A DNA stretch of 64,000 bases, from contig CAWFJE010000010.1 of NCBI GenBank assembly GCA_963816155.1, forward strand, positions 302,486 to 366,485, in the 5' to 3' direction. A program made the translations under genes and the position numbers. The DNA comes from an uncultured Actinomycetes bacterium. GTDB taxonomy: Bacteria; Actinomycetota; Thermoleophilia; RBG-16-64-13. The notes below the pieces were generated by a model. That model saw nothing but the letters and a program-made list of their open reading frames with translations. It did no database searches and was not told where the DNA came from. How positions within the stretch are numbered: position 1 is the stretch's first letter; the number at the start of each line of letters is the position of its first letter. This document shows, in pieces, positions 10,363 through 19,468 of this stretch.

Positions 10363-11682
10363 TCAGTAGTATACGTCCACCGAAAAACCCAGGGGGAGTT
10401 CACGGTAGAGATCGTCGGTAACCCACATCGGCGTTCGCACACATCCGTGACTGGCCGGGTAGGGGGGCACACTCTTGGATCCGTGAATGGCGATATGGGG
10501 CATGATATAGGACGGTGAGTACATCCAGCCCACCGGGACCTCGATCCAACCCCGGTCCTTGTGATAGACCTTCCCGTGACCGGTGGGCGTCCCGTCTTTG
10601 CCCGTGGATACATGGATGATCTTGACCACGAGGTTGTCCTGGATTATGAAGAGGACCTGCCGTTTCAGATCCACCTCCGCCCGGCCACCCGGTGAGTCGA
10701 GACGAGGCGACGGCGTGCTCGTCGAGAAGAGTCGCTGCCAGACCTCCTGATCCACGATCCCGTTCCTGGGAAGCCGCTCCACCTTCTCGAACGCCATGAC
10801 CGCATCCTTCGTCCGATAGTCGTAGACTCCGTCCTCGGGGCCGCAGGGATAGTGCAACGCGGTCAATCGGGCTTCGAGTATCTGCACAAGCATGCCCCGG
10901 CTTCCCGACGATTGTTTGGGATACCACTCGGAAGCCACTTCCACCGGGTACGCGGTCTTCGCCACCAGAGGCTCGTAGAAGGCTCGATATATGAGCACCA
11001 CCATCTGGGCTCGGTTCAGTGGAAGAGTGGGATAGAGCCATCCATCCGCCGACCCCTGCATGACGTTCAGCCGGTAGACATCGGCGAGGGCGCGGGCATG
11101 CTCGGGGGCTACCGTTCCTCTATCGCGAAATGCAGCCAGCCAGGGGCCGGTGGGGTCGGAGGGCCCGAGAAGGGTTAGATCCGAATCGGGTGCCTCCTCG
11201 ATCCTGCGGGCTAAGACGGCGACGATCATCCGCGCCGCCTGCTGACGACTCACGACCGTGTCCGGAAGGAAGCGACCCTGGGCATCACCGGAGATCAATC
11301 CCGCCCAGTAGAGGGCTGCCACATACCCGTACGACCAGTGAAGACTGGTGATGTCGGTGAAAGGAATGGTCGCGGACGGCGGCAGCGAAAGAGTTCGGCA
11401 AAGGAGGGCGGCCAGTTGGCTTCTGGTGACCGCCGCTTGCGGTCCGAAGCTACCGTCACTTCGTCCCTGGACCACCCCTTGGTCCGACAACGACTCCAAC
11501 GCCGGAGCGAAATACTCGTCCCCGGCGACGTCCGTGAAACCCTGTGCCTGTGCGATGCCGGGCAGGCAGAAGAGAAAAAGCAGAAGGACGACTGCCACCG
11601 CAAAGGCGACGGGGACAGAAAGGGCGGTCCTTGGACTGCGGGCCGCCGGCCGCTCATACTGTGTTCTGACCTTCATCTCCAT
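10363..11682 (-). CDS. secreted L,D-transpeptidase with N-terminal SLH (S-layer homology) repeats and a PG_binding_1 domain
   Basis: Signal peptide MEMKVRTQYERPAARSPRTALSVPVAFAVAVVLLLFLF...AQA. Three SLH-like repeats (FTDVAGDEYFAPALESL..., FTDITSLHWSYGYVAALYWAGLISG...). A PG-binding segment (YDYRTKDAVMAFEKVERLPRNGIVDQEVWQRL). The YkuD catalytic motif HGSKSVPPYPASHGCVRTP. Confidence 0.8.
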   Translation of the reverse strand: MEMKVRTQYERPAARSPRTALSVPVAFAVAVVLLLFLFCLPGIAQAQGFTDVAGDEYFAPALESLSDQGVVQGRSDGSFGPQAAVTRSQLAALLCRTLSLPPSATIPFTDITSLHWSYGYVAALYWAGLISGDAQGRFLPDTVVSRQQAARMIVAVLARRIEEAPDSDLTLLGPSDPTGPWLAAFRDRGTVAPEHARALADVYRLNVMQGSADGWLYPTLPLNRAQMVVLIYRAFYEPLVAKTAYPVEVASEWYPKQSSGSRGMLVQILEARLTALHYPCGPEDGVYDYRTKDAVMAFEKVERLPRNGIVDQEVWQRLFSTSTPSPRLDSPGGRAEVDLKRQVLFIIQDNLVVKIIHVSTGKDGTPTGHGKVYHKDRGWIEVPVGWMYSPSYIMPHIAIHGSKSVPPYPASHGCVRTPMWVTDDLYRELPLGFSVDVYY

Positions 11683-11863
11683 CCTCTCCGCGCGCGGACA
11701 CCGCTGTACCAACGGATCGCGTACCACCAGCCCGGCGACCGCCCCCCAGTCGGACACGCTCCTGCTTTCTTCTCCCGGCCGCATATTCCTCCGGACCTAA
11801 GGGTAGACGTACTACAATCGGCTAATCGGAGAGCCACTGTGGCCCCATGAGAAAGGCGAAACA

Positions 11864-12118
11864 ATGGATCAACCAGAAGTGTTCATCTACGCTCTCAGCA
11901 CCTGCGGACATTGCAGGAATGCCAAGCGACTGCTTGATGACAAGGGAGTCAAGTACGACTTCATAGACGTTGACCTCCTGCCCAAGGACGAACTCAACAA
12001 GGTGCTGGACGAGGTTCGCAAGATCAACCCCTCCACCTCCTTCCCCACCATCAAGATCGGGGACAAGGTGATCGTGGGCTATCAGGAAGTGGCCATCTTG
12101 GAGGCGTTGGGGCAGTGA
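11864..12118 (+). CDS. glutaredoxin-like / thioredoxin-fold small redox protein (CGHC active site)
   Basis: 84 aa: ...FIYALSTCGHCRNAKRLLDDKGVKYDFIDVD...FPTIKIGDKVIVGY... follows the Grx/NrdH fold pattern. The gene has noticeably lower GC (about 54%) than its neighbours. Confidence 0.75.
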   Translation: MDQPEVFIYALSTCGHCRNAKRLLDDKGVKYDFIDVDLLPKDELNKVLDEVRKINPSTSFPTIKIGDKVIVGYQEVAILEALGQ

Positions 12119-12447
12119 ACGCTGAGGAACTCTACGAGCGTTTGCAGAAGGTCAACGAGCCCAAAGGCTACTTCTTCAGCAAGGATCGCGCCATGGTGAT
12201 GCAGTTGCTCGAAGGACTGCTCACCAACAAGGACAGGTACGGCTACATGTGTTGCCCTTGCCGGCTGGCATCGGGGGATCGTATGGCCGACCGCGACATC
12301 ACCTGCCCCTGCGACTATCGCGCGCCGGACGTCGAGGAATACGGCGCCTGCTACTGCGCCCTCTATGTTTCCGAGGACTGGAACGAGGAGCACATCGAGC
12401 ACCAAGCTGTGCCGGAACGACGTCCCCGGGAGCGCATGCCTTACTGA
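12115..12447 (+). CDS. ferredoxin:thioredoxin reductase catalytic-subunit-like protein (FTR-like)
   Basis: 110 aa with CPC...CPC...CYC cysteine pairs (MCCPCRLASG...ITCPCDYRAP...GACYCALYV), as in FtrC/FeThRed_B. Its GTG/ATG start overlaps the upstream stop (translational coupling). Confidence 0.6.
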   Translation: MNAEELYERLQKVNEPKGYFFSKDRAMVMQLLEGLLTNKDRYGYMCCPCRLASGDRMADRDITCPCDYRAPDVEEYGACYCALYVSEDWNEEHIEHQAVPERRPRERMPY

Positions 12448-12475
12448 GCGACTGGGCGCGAGTCCACTGTGCCTG

Positions 12476-12510
12476 GCCTGCGGGCGGCGGTCTTCGACCG
12501 CCGCCCGTTC
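12476..12510 (+). terminator. GC-rich hairpin (GGGCGGCGGTC-TTC-GACCGCCGCCC) followed by a T-rich GTTCTGCTAT
   Basis: Perfect 11-bp inverted repeat directly after the FTR-like gene. Confidence 0.5.
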
Positions 12511-12599
12511 TGCTATAGAACCTGCCATTGTCGGTGTGTTAGCCTAGGCGTCCCGGAGAAGCGACCGGCGCCGATGACGTGCGCGCCGAGGAGGCTGGC

Positions 12600-14213
12600 T
12601 TGAGCGACCCCGCAGACTTCAAGGTCCTAGTGGCCGAACTCATGGACGAGAGTTCTATCGCGCGACTCTCTGAGGCCTGCACCGTGGACACCAAGTACGG
12701 CCTGAGTCATGACGAGATGTGTGCCGTCATTGCCGACTACGACGGCATCGTCGTCCGTAGCGAGACACAGGTGAACCGTGAGTTCCTGGATGCCGCTACG
12801 AAGCTGCGCATCGTGGGGCGGGCAGGTTCCGGTCTCGACAACATCGATGTGGCCTACGCTACCCAGAAGGGTGTGATCGTCTGCAACACTCCCGAGAGCA
12901 ACATCGTGTCGGCTGCAGAGCACACCATCGCCCTCCTCCTGGCCAGCAGTCGCAACGTCCCCTGGGCCGACCGCTTCATCAAGAGCGGCAAATGGGGACG
13001 AAAGCAGTTCGAGGGGAGTGAACTGTACGGCAAGACCCTGGGGATCATCGGCTTGGGCCGCATCGGGGGGTTGGTGTCTCAGCGGGCGCGGGGTCTTTCC
13101 ATGAAGGTCATCGCCTACGATCCCTACGTCACCGACGGCCGCTTCGACAACCTCAGCGTGGAGAAGCGGGACACGCTCGAAGAACTGCTGCAAGAGGCGG
13201 ACTTCATCAGCATACACACACCCCGCACCAAGGAGACTCTCAACATCATCGATGCTCCCCAGATCGCGCTGATGAAGCCGGGGGTACGGCTCGTCAACTG
13301 TGCTCGGGGCGGCCTCTACAACGAGGAGGCCCTCTACGACGGTCTGAAATCGGGCCACGTAGCATCTCTGGGAGTGGACACCTGGGTGAGCGAGCCTCAG
13401 GAGAGCCATCCCCTCTACGAGTTCGACAACGTGGTGGGCACGCCTCATCTGGGCGCGTCCACATACGAAGCCTCTGCCCGAGTGGGACAGGAGGTCGTGG
13501 AAGAGGTCATCGGAGGATTGCGGGGAGAGATCGTCAAGAACGCGGTCAACATCCCCGCGCTCTCAGAGGAGGTCCTGAACAAGCTGCGGACCTTCGTCAA
13601 AGTGGCCGAGCAGATGGGCATCCTCTATCGGGAGATACGAGGACGCAAGGTGAGCCGCATAGAGATCTTGTTCGCCGGCAAGGAGATCGACCGGCCGGAG
13701 GATGCCAGGATCCTGTCCCTGGTGGCTCTCAAGGGCATCCTGGAGGGCCGCATGGCTTCGGGCGTGGTCAATTTCGTCAACGCCGTCTACCTGGCCGAAC
13801 AGGTGGGCATAGAGGTCAGCGAGAGCATAACCCTGGACAGCGGCGACTACCGCAACCTCATGCGCATGCGCGTCACGGAAGGCAGCGGTGAGGTCTTCGA
13901 GATCGCGGGTACCGTGCTGGAGCACAAACATCCGCGCATCGTGGGGCTCGGAGGCTACTCACTCACCTTCATACCCGAGGGCATCTGGGCCTATGTGCCG
14001 CACCGCAACGTGCCCGGGGTCATCGGTCGCGTGGCCACCATCATGGGTGAGTTCGAGGTCAATATCTCCCGGATGGTCACCTCCACCATAGTGATCGATG
14101 GAAACGAAGAGTCAATCATGATGCTCGGCCTCGATGCCGACGTGCCCAGGACCGCTATCGACAAGTGCTTGGAGGCCAGCGATATCCACGAGATGAGGAT
14201 AGTCCATCTGTGA
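12600..14213 (+). CDS. serA: D-3-phosphoglycerate dehydrogenase with C-terminal ACT domain
   Basis: ...IVGRAGSGLDNIDV...GKTLGIIGLGRIG...HTPRTKET...VNCARGGL... 2-hydroxyacid dehydrogenase motifs plus a C-terminal regulatory domain. The start is set at TTG 12600 (GAGGAGG lies 5 nt upstream) rather than the track's GTG at 12579. Confidence 0.85.
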   Translation: MSDPADFKVLVAELMDESSIARLSEACTVDTKYGLSHDEMCAVIADYDGIVVRSETQVNREFLDAATKLRIVGRAGSGLDNIDVAYATQKGVIVCNTPESNIVSAAEHTIALLLASSRNVPWADRFIKSGKWGRKQFEGSELYGKTLGIIGLGRIGGLVSQRARGLSMKVIAYDPYVTDGRFDNLSVEKRDTLEELLQEADFISIHTPRTKETLNIIDAPQIALMKPGVRLVNCARGGLYNEEALYDGLKSGHVASLGVDTWVSEPQESHPLYEFDNVVGTPHLGASTYEASARVGQEVVEEVIGGLRGEIVKNAVNIPALSEEVLNKLRTFVKVAEQMGILYREIRGRKVSRIEILFAGKEIDRPEDARILSLVALKGILEGRMASGVVNFVNAVYLAEQVGIEVSESITLDSGDYRNLMRMRVTEGSGEVFEIAGTVLEHKHPRIVGLGGYSLTFIPEGIWAYVPHRNVPGVIGRVATIMGEFEVNISRMVTSTIVIDGNEESIMMLGLDADVPRTAIDKCLEASDIHEMRIVHL

Positions 14214-14347
14214 TCGCCGCCCGGAAGGACTCAGGCTGCGAAAGGAGGTCTGTGCGACCATCAGATCAGAACCCGTCCCCCATGGTGTTCCACGAGGCAC
14301 ACCGAGACAAGCCCGTACCAGAACCAGACTGTGAGGTGCACTGCCCT

Positions 14348-15670
14348 ATGCTCAGAACCAGGCCTTCCCGCGTACTCGTAGCGGGCCTGCTCGTGACCCT
14401 TCTCCTCGCCTTCGGCTTCGTCTTGGCCGCCTGCGGTGGAGACGAGGAGACCACGACCACCGCCGCACCCGAAAGCACCACCACCACCGCCGCCGTTAGT
14501 ACCTCGACGTCCGAGGCGGCAGAGACCACCACCACCGCCGCTGCCGCACCCGCCGACGAGGAATTCATCCTCGGCATGCTGTTCGTCGGGCCGTACAACG
14601 ACCACGGCTGGAGCCAGGCGAACTTCGACGGCGGTGCCTACGTGGAAGCGAAGATGCCCGGGGCGAAGATGATCTACGTCGATAAGGTCAACAGCGCCGA
14701 CCGGCCGGGCACCACGCCTGAGCAGTTGGCCGAAGACCTGGTCAGCCAGGGCGCGCAGATGGTCTTCTTCACCTCCGATGACATGAAAGACGGCGCCTAC
14801 GCCTTCGCGAAGGCACACCCCGACATCCCAGTGATGCATACGTCCGGTGACGGAGCCTGGAAAGACGGCAAGGATTACCAGAACCTGCCCAATCTGAGCA
14901 ATGTCATGGGCAAGATGGAATACGGCAAGATGATCGCCGGAGCTGCTGCCGCCCTTACCAGCAAGTCGGGCAAGATCGGCTACCTTGGACCCCTGATCAA
15001 TGACGAGACCCGCCGCCTGGCCGCCTCCGCCTACCTGGGCGCCCGCTATGCTTGGACCGAATACCTGGGCAAAGACCCGGCCCAGTTGCAGTTCAGCGTC
15101 AACTGGATCGGCTTCTGGTTCAACATCCCCGGCGTGACCTCCGACCCCACGCAGGTGGCCGACAACTTCTTCAACCAGGGCTTCGATGTGGTCATCTCTG
15201 GGATCGACACCACTGAAGCATTGGTGGAAGCCGGCAAGATGTCTGAGGCCGGCAAAGACGCCTGGGCCATCCCCTACGATTTCATCGGTTCCCTCGAAGA
15301 GGCCCCGACCGTCGCGCTTGGTGTCCCCTATTTCAACTGGGGCCCCAGCTATCTTGCAGCTGTCGCCGCGGCCCGCGAGGGGCAGTGGACCAGCTTCTGG
15401 GATTGGACTGGACCTGATTGGGCCGACATCAACGACCCGGATTCTTCCATCGTAGGTTTCCAGAAGGGTCAGGGTCTCTCCGCCGATGCCGCTGCCAAAG
15501 TGGATGAGTTCATAGCCGCTCTGGCCGGGGGTCTGAACCTCTGGACGGGACCGCTGAACCTCCAGGACGGAAGTGCGTTCCTGGCCGACGGCGAGGTAGG
15601 CACCGACCAGCAGATCTGGTATCTGCCCCAGTTGCTTGAAGGCATGGAAGGTCAGAGCGTATCCGAATAG
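14348..15670 (+). CDS. BMP-family (PnrA/Med-like) ABC transporter substrate-binding lipoprotein with Thr/Ala-rich linker
   Basis: Lipoprotein signal MLRTRPSRVLVAGLLVTLLLAFGFVLAACGG, then a TTTTAA linker, then ...YVDKVNSADRPGT... BMP-domain motifs. Its position upstream of the ABC ATPase and permeases fits. The start is moved from the track's 14165 to ATG 14348. Confidence 0.8.
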   Translation: MLRTRPSRVLVAGLLVTLLLAFGFVLAACGGDEETTTTAAPESTTTTAAVSTSTSEAAETTTTAAAAPADEEFILGMLFVGPYNDHGWSQANFDGGAYVEAKMPGAKMIYVDKVNSADRPGTTPEQLAEDLVSQGAQMVFFTSDDMKDGAYAFAKAHPDIPVMHTSGDGAWKDGKDYQNLPNLSNVMGKMEYGKMIAGAAAALTSKSGKIGYLGPLINDETRRLAASAYLGARYAWTEYLGKDPAQLQFSVNWIGFWFNIPGVTSDPTQVADNFFNQGFDVVISGIDTTEALVEAGKMSEAGKDAWAIPYDFIGSLEEAPTVALGVPYFNWGPSYLAAVAAAREGQWTSFWDWTGPDWADINDPDSSIVGFQKGQGLSADAAAKVDEFIAALAGGLNLWTGPLNLQDGSAFLADGEVGTDQQIWYLPQLLEGMEGQSVSE

Positions 15671-15677
15671 GAACTGA

Positions 15678-15796
15678 GAAGCCGGAGCCTCTCTGCTACA
15701 GCTGCGAATCCACGATTCTTTCGCAGAGAGGCTCCGGCTTCACCGCATTGTGTGAAGAGATGAGGGAAGGGAGAGCCCCGCGCTCTCCCTTCCCTC
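15678..15796 (+). promoter_or_regulatory. two perfect hairpins between the binding-protein and ATPase genes (19-bp stem 15678-15741; 14-bp stem 15762-15796). The second sequesters an SD-like GGGAAGGGAGAG and ends at the ATG at 15797
   Basis: Inverted repeats GAAGCCGGAGCCTCTCTGC...GCAGAGAGGCTCCGGCTTC and GAGGGAAGGGAGAG-CCCCGCG-CTCTCCCTTCCCTC are read directly from the sequence. Confidence 0.5.
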
Positions 15797-17308
15797 ATGC
15801 TTCTTGGTACCTTGTTGGCAGACGGCGTCCGGACAAGTGAGCAGATGGAAGTAAGGCTCGTCGATATCCACAAGCACTTCGGGCCCGTCAGAGCCAACGA
15901 CGGAGTGAATCTTCACGTACCCGCGGGGACGGTCCAGGGTATCCTGGGCGAGAACGGTGCCGGCAAGAGCACGCTGATGAAGATCCTTTCGGGTTTTCAG
16001 CCGGCCGACAGGGGACAGATCTTCCTCGACGGTCGGCCGGTCGCTATGAACTCGCCCGCGGACGCTATCAAGCACGGGGTGGGTATGCTGCACCAGGACC
16101 CCCTCGATTTCCCTCCCATGCGCGTCATCGATAACCTGCTCATCGGCGCGCCCGGAGGGCTCATGCCCCGTCGGGCCGAGGCCGCCGCGGCCGTCGCCGA
16201 ACAGGCCCGCTCCTTCGGGTTGACCGTGGACCCCGGGGCCGAGGTGAGCTCGCTGACTGTCGGCGAGCGCCAGCAACTGGAACTCATGAGGTTGCTTTGG
16301 CTGGGGGCCCAGGTCCTCATCTTGGACGAACCCACCACCGGCATCAGCGCGGCACAACGATCCCAGCTCTTCGAGGCGCTGCGCCGTCTGGCCGCAGAGG
16401 GCAAGACCGTCATCTTCGTATCGCACAAGTTGGAGGAGGTCCAGGACCTCTGTACAAGGGTGGCCGTACTGCGCCAGGGACGCCTGGTCGGCGAGGCCGA
16501 ACCACCCTTCAGCGTGAGCGCGTTGGTCTCCATGATGTTCGACCGTGAGGTGACACCGGGTCCTCGGATGACATGCGCTCCCGGCGACCCTTTGGTCGAA
16601 CTGTCCTCCCTCTCGGTCGAGCACGGCCGCATCCGTCTGCAGGATCTGGACCTTCATGTACGTGAGGGCGAGACCATCGGCCTGGCGGGCATGGAAGGCA
16701 GCGGTCAGAGCCTTCTTCTGAGGGCCTGCGCCGGACTGGTACCCTCCACACACGGCCGCATCCGTCTGGCAGGAGAGGACGTCACAGGCAAGGCGTATCG
16801 ACAGTATAAGAGGCGGGGAGTGGCCTACGTGCCCGCCGCCCGCCTGGAACAGGGGCTGATCTCAGGCCTCACCCTTTCTGAACACTTCTTGATCACCCAG
16901 CGCGACCCCGGTCTGTTCATCGACCGTCGCAAAGGCCACCGCATCGCGGAGGAGCGCATCTCGCAGTTCAACATACGGGGCACGGCCGACAGCCCTGTGG
17001 AATCGCTGTCCGGAGGCAACCAGCAGCGCGCCCTGCTCGCGCTCGTCAAGCCTGAGGCGCGGGTCATGCTCCTCGAACACCCCACTCGCGGGCTCGACAT
17101 CGAGTCGATCATCTACTTGTGGGGCAAGCTCAAGGAACGCTGCAACCAGGGCGGAGCCATCATCTTCACCTCCAGCGACCTCGATGAGTTGCTGCGCTAC
17201 AGCGATCGCATCCTGGTCTTCTTCGCCGGGCGCGTGTCCGCCCCGCTCGATGCGACCACGGCGACCGTCGACCAATTGGGGCAACTCATAGGGGGCAGTG
17301 GTGTCTGA
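15797..17308 (+). CDS. ABC transporter ATP-binding protein with duplicated ABC domains (nucleoside/sugar type)
   Basis: Two Walker A motifs (GENGAGKST, GMEGSGQS) and two LSGG signatures (LSGGNQQR). The start is either 15797 or the internal ATG at 15845 (MEVRLVDIHKHFG). Confidence 0.9.
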   Translation: MLLGTLLADGVRTSEQMEVRLVDIHKHFGPVRANDGVNLHVPAGTVQGILGENGAGKSTLMKILSGFQPADRGQIFLDGRPVAMNSPADAIKHGVGMLHQDPLDFPPMRVIDNLLIGAPGGLMPRRAEAAAAVAEQARSFGLTVDPGAEVSSLTVGERQQLELMRLLWLGAQVLILDEPTTGISAAQRSQLFEALRRLAAEGKTVIFVSHKLEEVQDLCTRVAVLRQGRLVGEAEPPFSVSALVSMMFDREVTPGPRMTCAPGDPLVELSSLSVEHGRIRLQDLDLHVREGETIGLAGMEGSGQSLLLRACAGLVPSTHGRIRLAGEDVTGKAYRQYKRRGVAYVPAARLEQGLISGLTLSEHFLITQRDPGLFIDRRKGHRIAEERISQFNIRGTADSPVESLSGGNQQRALLALVKPEARVMLLEHPTRGLDIESIIYLWGKLKERCNQGGAIIFTSSDLDELLRYSDRILVFFAGRVSAPLDATTATVDQLGQLIGGSGV

Positions 17309-18470
17309 GTCGGGGACCGCGGTCAAGGCCAAAGCCGACAGGCGCTCCGCCTCTTCCCGGCAGAAGTGGATCAACGTCGGACTTCAACTGGGAGCCTTGG
17401 CGCTCGCCTTCCTCCTCACCAGCATCATCCTCCTGCTCACGGGGGCGCCGCCCCTTGAGGCCTACAAGCAGATCTTCCTGGGAGCCTTCGGCTCCGTCAA
17501 CAACCTCACCGACGTGCTTGTGGCCTGGGTACCGCTCCTGTTGGCGACCGCAGGCGTGCTCGTCACCTTCGCCGCCGGCCTCTGGAACATCGGGGTGGAG
17601 GGACAGATCGTCCTGGGCGCGGTCCTCACCACCTGGGTGATGCGCCTTCTTCAGGACACGAGCCTCTCCCCCGCCATGATCATCGTGCTGGCCATGATCG
17701 CCGGCATCTTCGGGGGGGCTCTCTGGGCCGCGCTGGCCGGAGTCCTCAAGACCTTCGGCGGGGTGAACGAGATCTTCGGCGGGCTGGGCCTCAATTACGT
17801 GGCTATCGCCCTTACGCTCTGGTTGATATTCGGCCCCTGGAAGCGGCCGGGCATCGGCTCCATGAGTGGCACTGAGCCCTTCCCGGAGCAACTTGCCCTA
17901 CCCATAGTGGGTGGCAGTCGCCTGAGCCTGTGGTCGTTGGGCCTGGGCATACTCGCGGTCATCGTCGTATATGTAGCTCTGGAGCGGACGTACTTCGGGC
18001 TGCGTCTGAAAGCAGTGGGCAAGAACAGTCGCGCCGCTTTCTTGCTGGGTGTACCCACCTGGCAATATGGGCTGCTTGCCTTTCTCTTCTGCGGCGGACT
18101 GGCCGGACTGGCGGGTGCCGTGCAGGTGACGGCCGTCTACCATCGTCTCATCCCCTCCATCTCCAGCGGCTACGGCTTCACGGGGTTGATGATCGCCATG
18201 CTCATCCTCTACCGAGCCATCTGGGTCGCCCCGGTGGCCCTGTTCTTCGCGGCCATCAACATCGGCAGCATCCAACTGCCCATCGTGCTCAAGCTCGACT
18301 CCACTCTGTCTGGGGTGCTGCAGGGGGCCCTCGTGCTCTTTGTCATCCTGGTGGAGGGGGCGCGCCAGCGTTACCTGCGCCGCGCGCGCCTCCGGGCCGC
18401 CGAACCGCCCGCCAACCCCGGCTCCGAGCAGACGGGGTTGCCCGCGACGACTCAAGGAGTCGAAGGCTGA
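17298..18470 (+). CDS. ABC transporter permease (BMP-system permease 1)
   Basis: 390-aa polytopic membrane protein. Its GTG start overlaps the ATPase stop. Confidence 0.85.
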   Translation: MVSESGTAVKAKADRRSASSRQKWINVGLQLGALALAFLLTSIILLLTGAPPLEAYKQIFLGAFGSVNNLTDVLVAWVPLLLATAGVLVTFAAGLWNIGVEGQIVLGAVLTTWVMRLLQDTSLSPAMIIVLAMIAGIFGGALWAALAGVLKTFGGVNEIFGGLGLNYVAIALTLWLIFGPWKRPGIGSMSGTEPFPEQLALPIVGGSRLSLWSLGLGILAVIVVYVALERTYFGLRLKAVGKNSRAAFLLGVPTWQYGLLAFLFCGGLAGLAGAVQVTAVYHRLIPSISSGYGFTGLMIAMLILYRAIWVAPVALFFAAINIGSIQLPIVLKLDSTLSGVLQGALVLFVILVEGARQRYLRRARLRAAEPPANPGSEQTGLPATTQGVEG

Positions 18471-19468
18471 TGGACGCCGAAGCCGTACTCATAGGTCTGA
18501 GCGGGGTCCTGGTCACAGCCGCCCCCATCGTCGTCGCGGTCATCGGCGAGACGCTCACGGAACGAGCCGGGGTCATCAACCTCTCCATCAACGGCTCCAT
18601 CCTGCTCTCGGCCATGGGCAGTTTCGCCGTGGCCGTGACGACCGGCAGCCTGCTCCTCGGCTTCTTGACCGGCTGTCTGATCGGCGCCGCCGTCGCGCTG
18701 GTGGTGGCCTTCGGCAGTATCACGTTGCGCCAATCGCAGGTGGCCGTGGGCTTCGTTCTGGCCCTCTTCTGCCGCGACCTCGCCTATTTCCTAGGGAACC
18801 CCTTCATGGGTGAGAAGGGCCCCATCATCCCGCGCTGGCCCATCCCCGGCCTCGAGGACATACCCATCGTGGGCACCCTCTTCTTCAGTCACGACATCAT
18901 GACCTACCTGAGCTTTGTGCTCATAGGCGTCTCCTGGTGGTGGATATTCCGGACTCGTCCAGGTCTGACGTTGCGGGCGGTGGGAGAAAGGCCAGCCGCG
19001 GCTTTCGCGCGCGGCGCCCGCGTGAACCTCGTCCGCTACGCCTACACCGTGTTGGGCGGAGCCCTGGTGGGACTGGCCGGGCCCATGTTCTCGCTCGGTG
19101 TCAAGGCGGGGTGGAAGGGCACCATATCGGGACTCGACGGGCTGGGCTGGATCGTCCTCGCCATCGTCATCTTCGGCGCTTGGAACCCGGTGCGCGCAGC
19201 TCTGGGTGCCTATCTGTTCGGCCTGCTGCAGTGGTTGAGCGTGGTCTTGCAGCCCCACCTGCAGGGGATCCCCTCACAAGTGCTGCAGGTGGCTCCCTTC
19301 CCCCTCATGATCCTCACTCTGCTCCTCGTCAACATCGGCAACGCCGAGTGGGTGGAGCGAGTACTCGCCTCCTTGCCCGATGAATCCCGACGCGTAGTGG
19401 CACGAGTCTTACGCGCCATGCGTGTGCTACCCCCTGCAGGTCTCGGGGTGCCTTTCGAGAGGGATTGA
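18470..19468 (+). CDS. ABC transporter permease (BMP-system permease 2)
   Basis: ATG at 18470 overlaps the stop of permease 1 (TGATG). MDAEAVLIGLSGVLVTAAPIVVAVIGETLTERAGVINL... is a typical second permease. The track's longer ORF (17930) is an upstream over-extension. Confidence 0.85.
   Translation: MDAEAVLIGLSGVLVTAAPIVVAVIGETLTERAGVINLSINGSILLSAMGSFAVAVTTGSLLLGFLTGCLIGAAVALVVAFGSITLRQSQVAVGFVLALFCRDLAYFLGNPFMGEKGPIIPRWPIPGLEDIPIVGTLFFSHDIMTYLSFVLIGVSWWWIFRTRPGLTLRAVGERPAAAFARGARVNLVRYAYTVLGGALVGLAGPMFSLGVKAGWKGTISGLDGLGWIVLAIVIFGAWNPVRAALGAYLFGLLQWLSVVLQPHLQGIPSQVLQVAPFPLMILTLLLVNIGNAEWVERVLASLPDESRRVVARVLRAMRVLPPAGLGVPFERD

Noticed and set aside
14436-14600. Repetitive ACC/GCC-rich DNA encoding TTTTAA runs. 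It was considered as a possible repeat array or CRISPR-like structure.
   Set aside because: The repeats are short, imperfect and in-frame within the lipoprotein gene. This is a low-complexity Thr/Ala linker, not spacer-repeat architecture.
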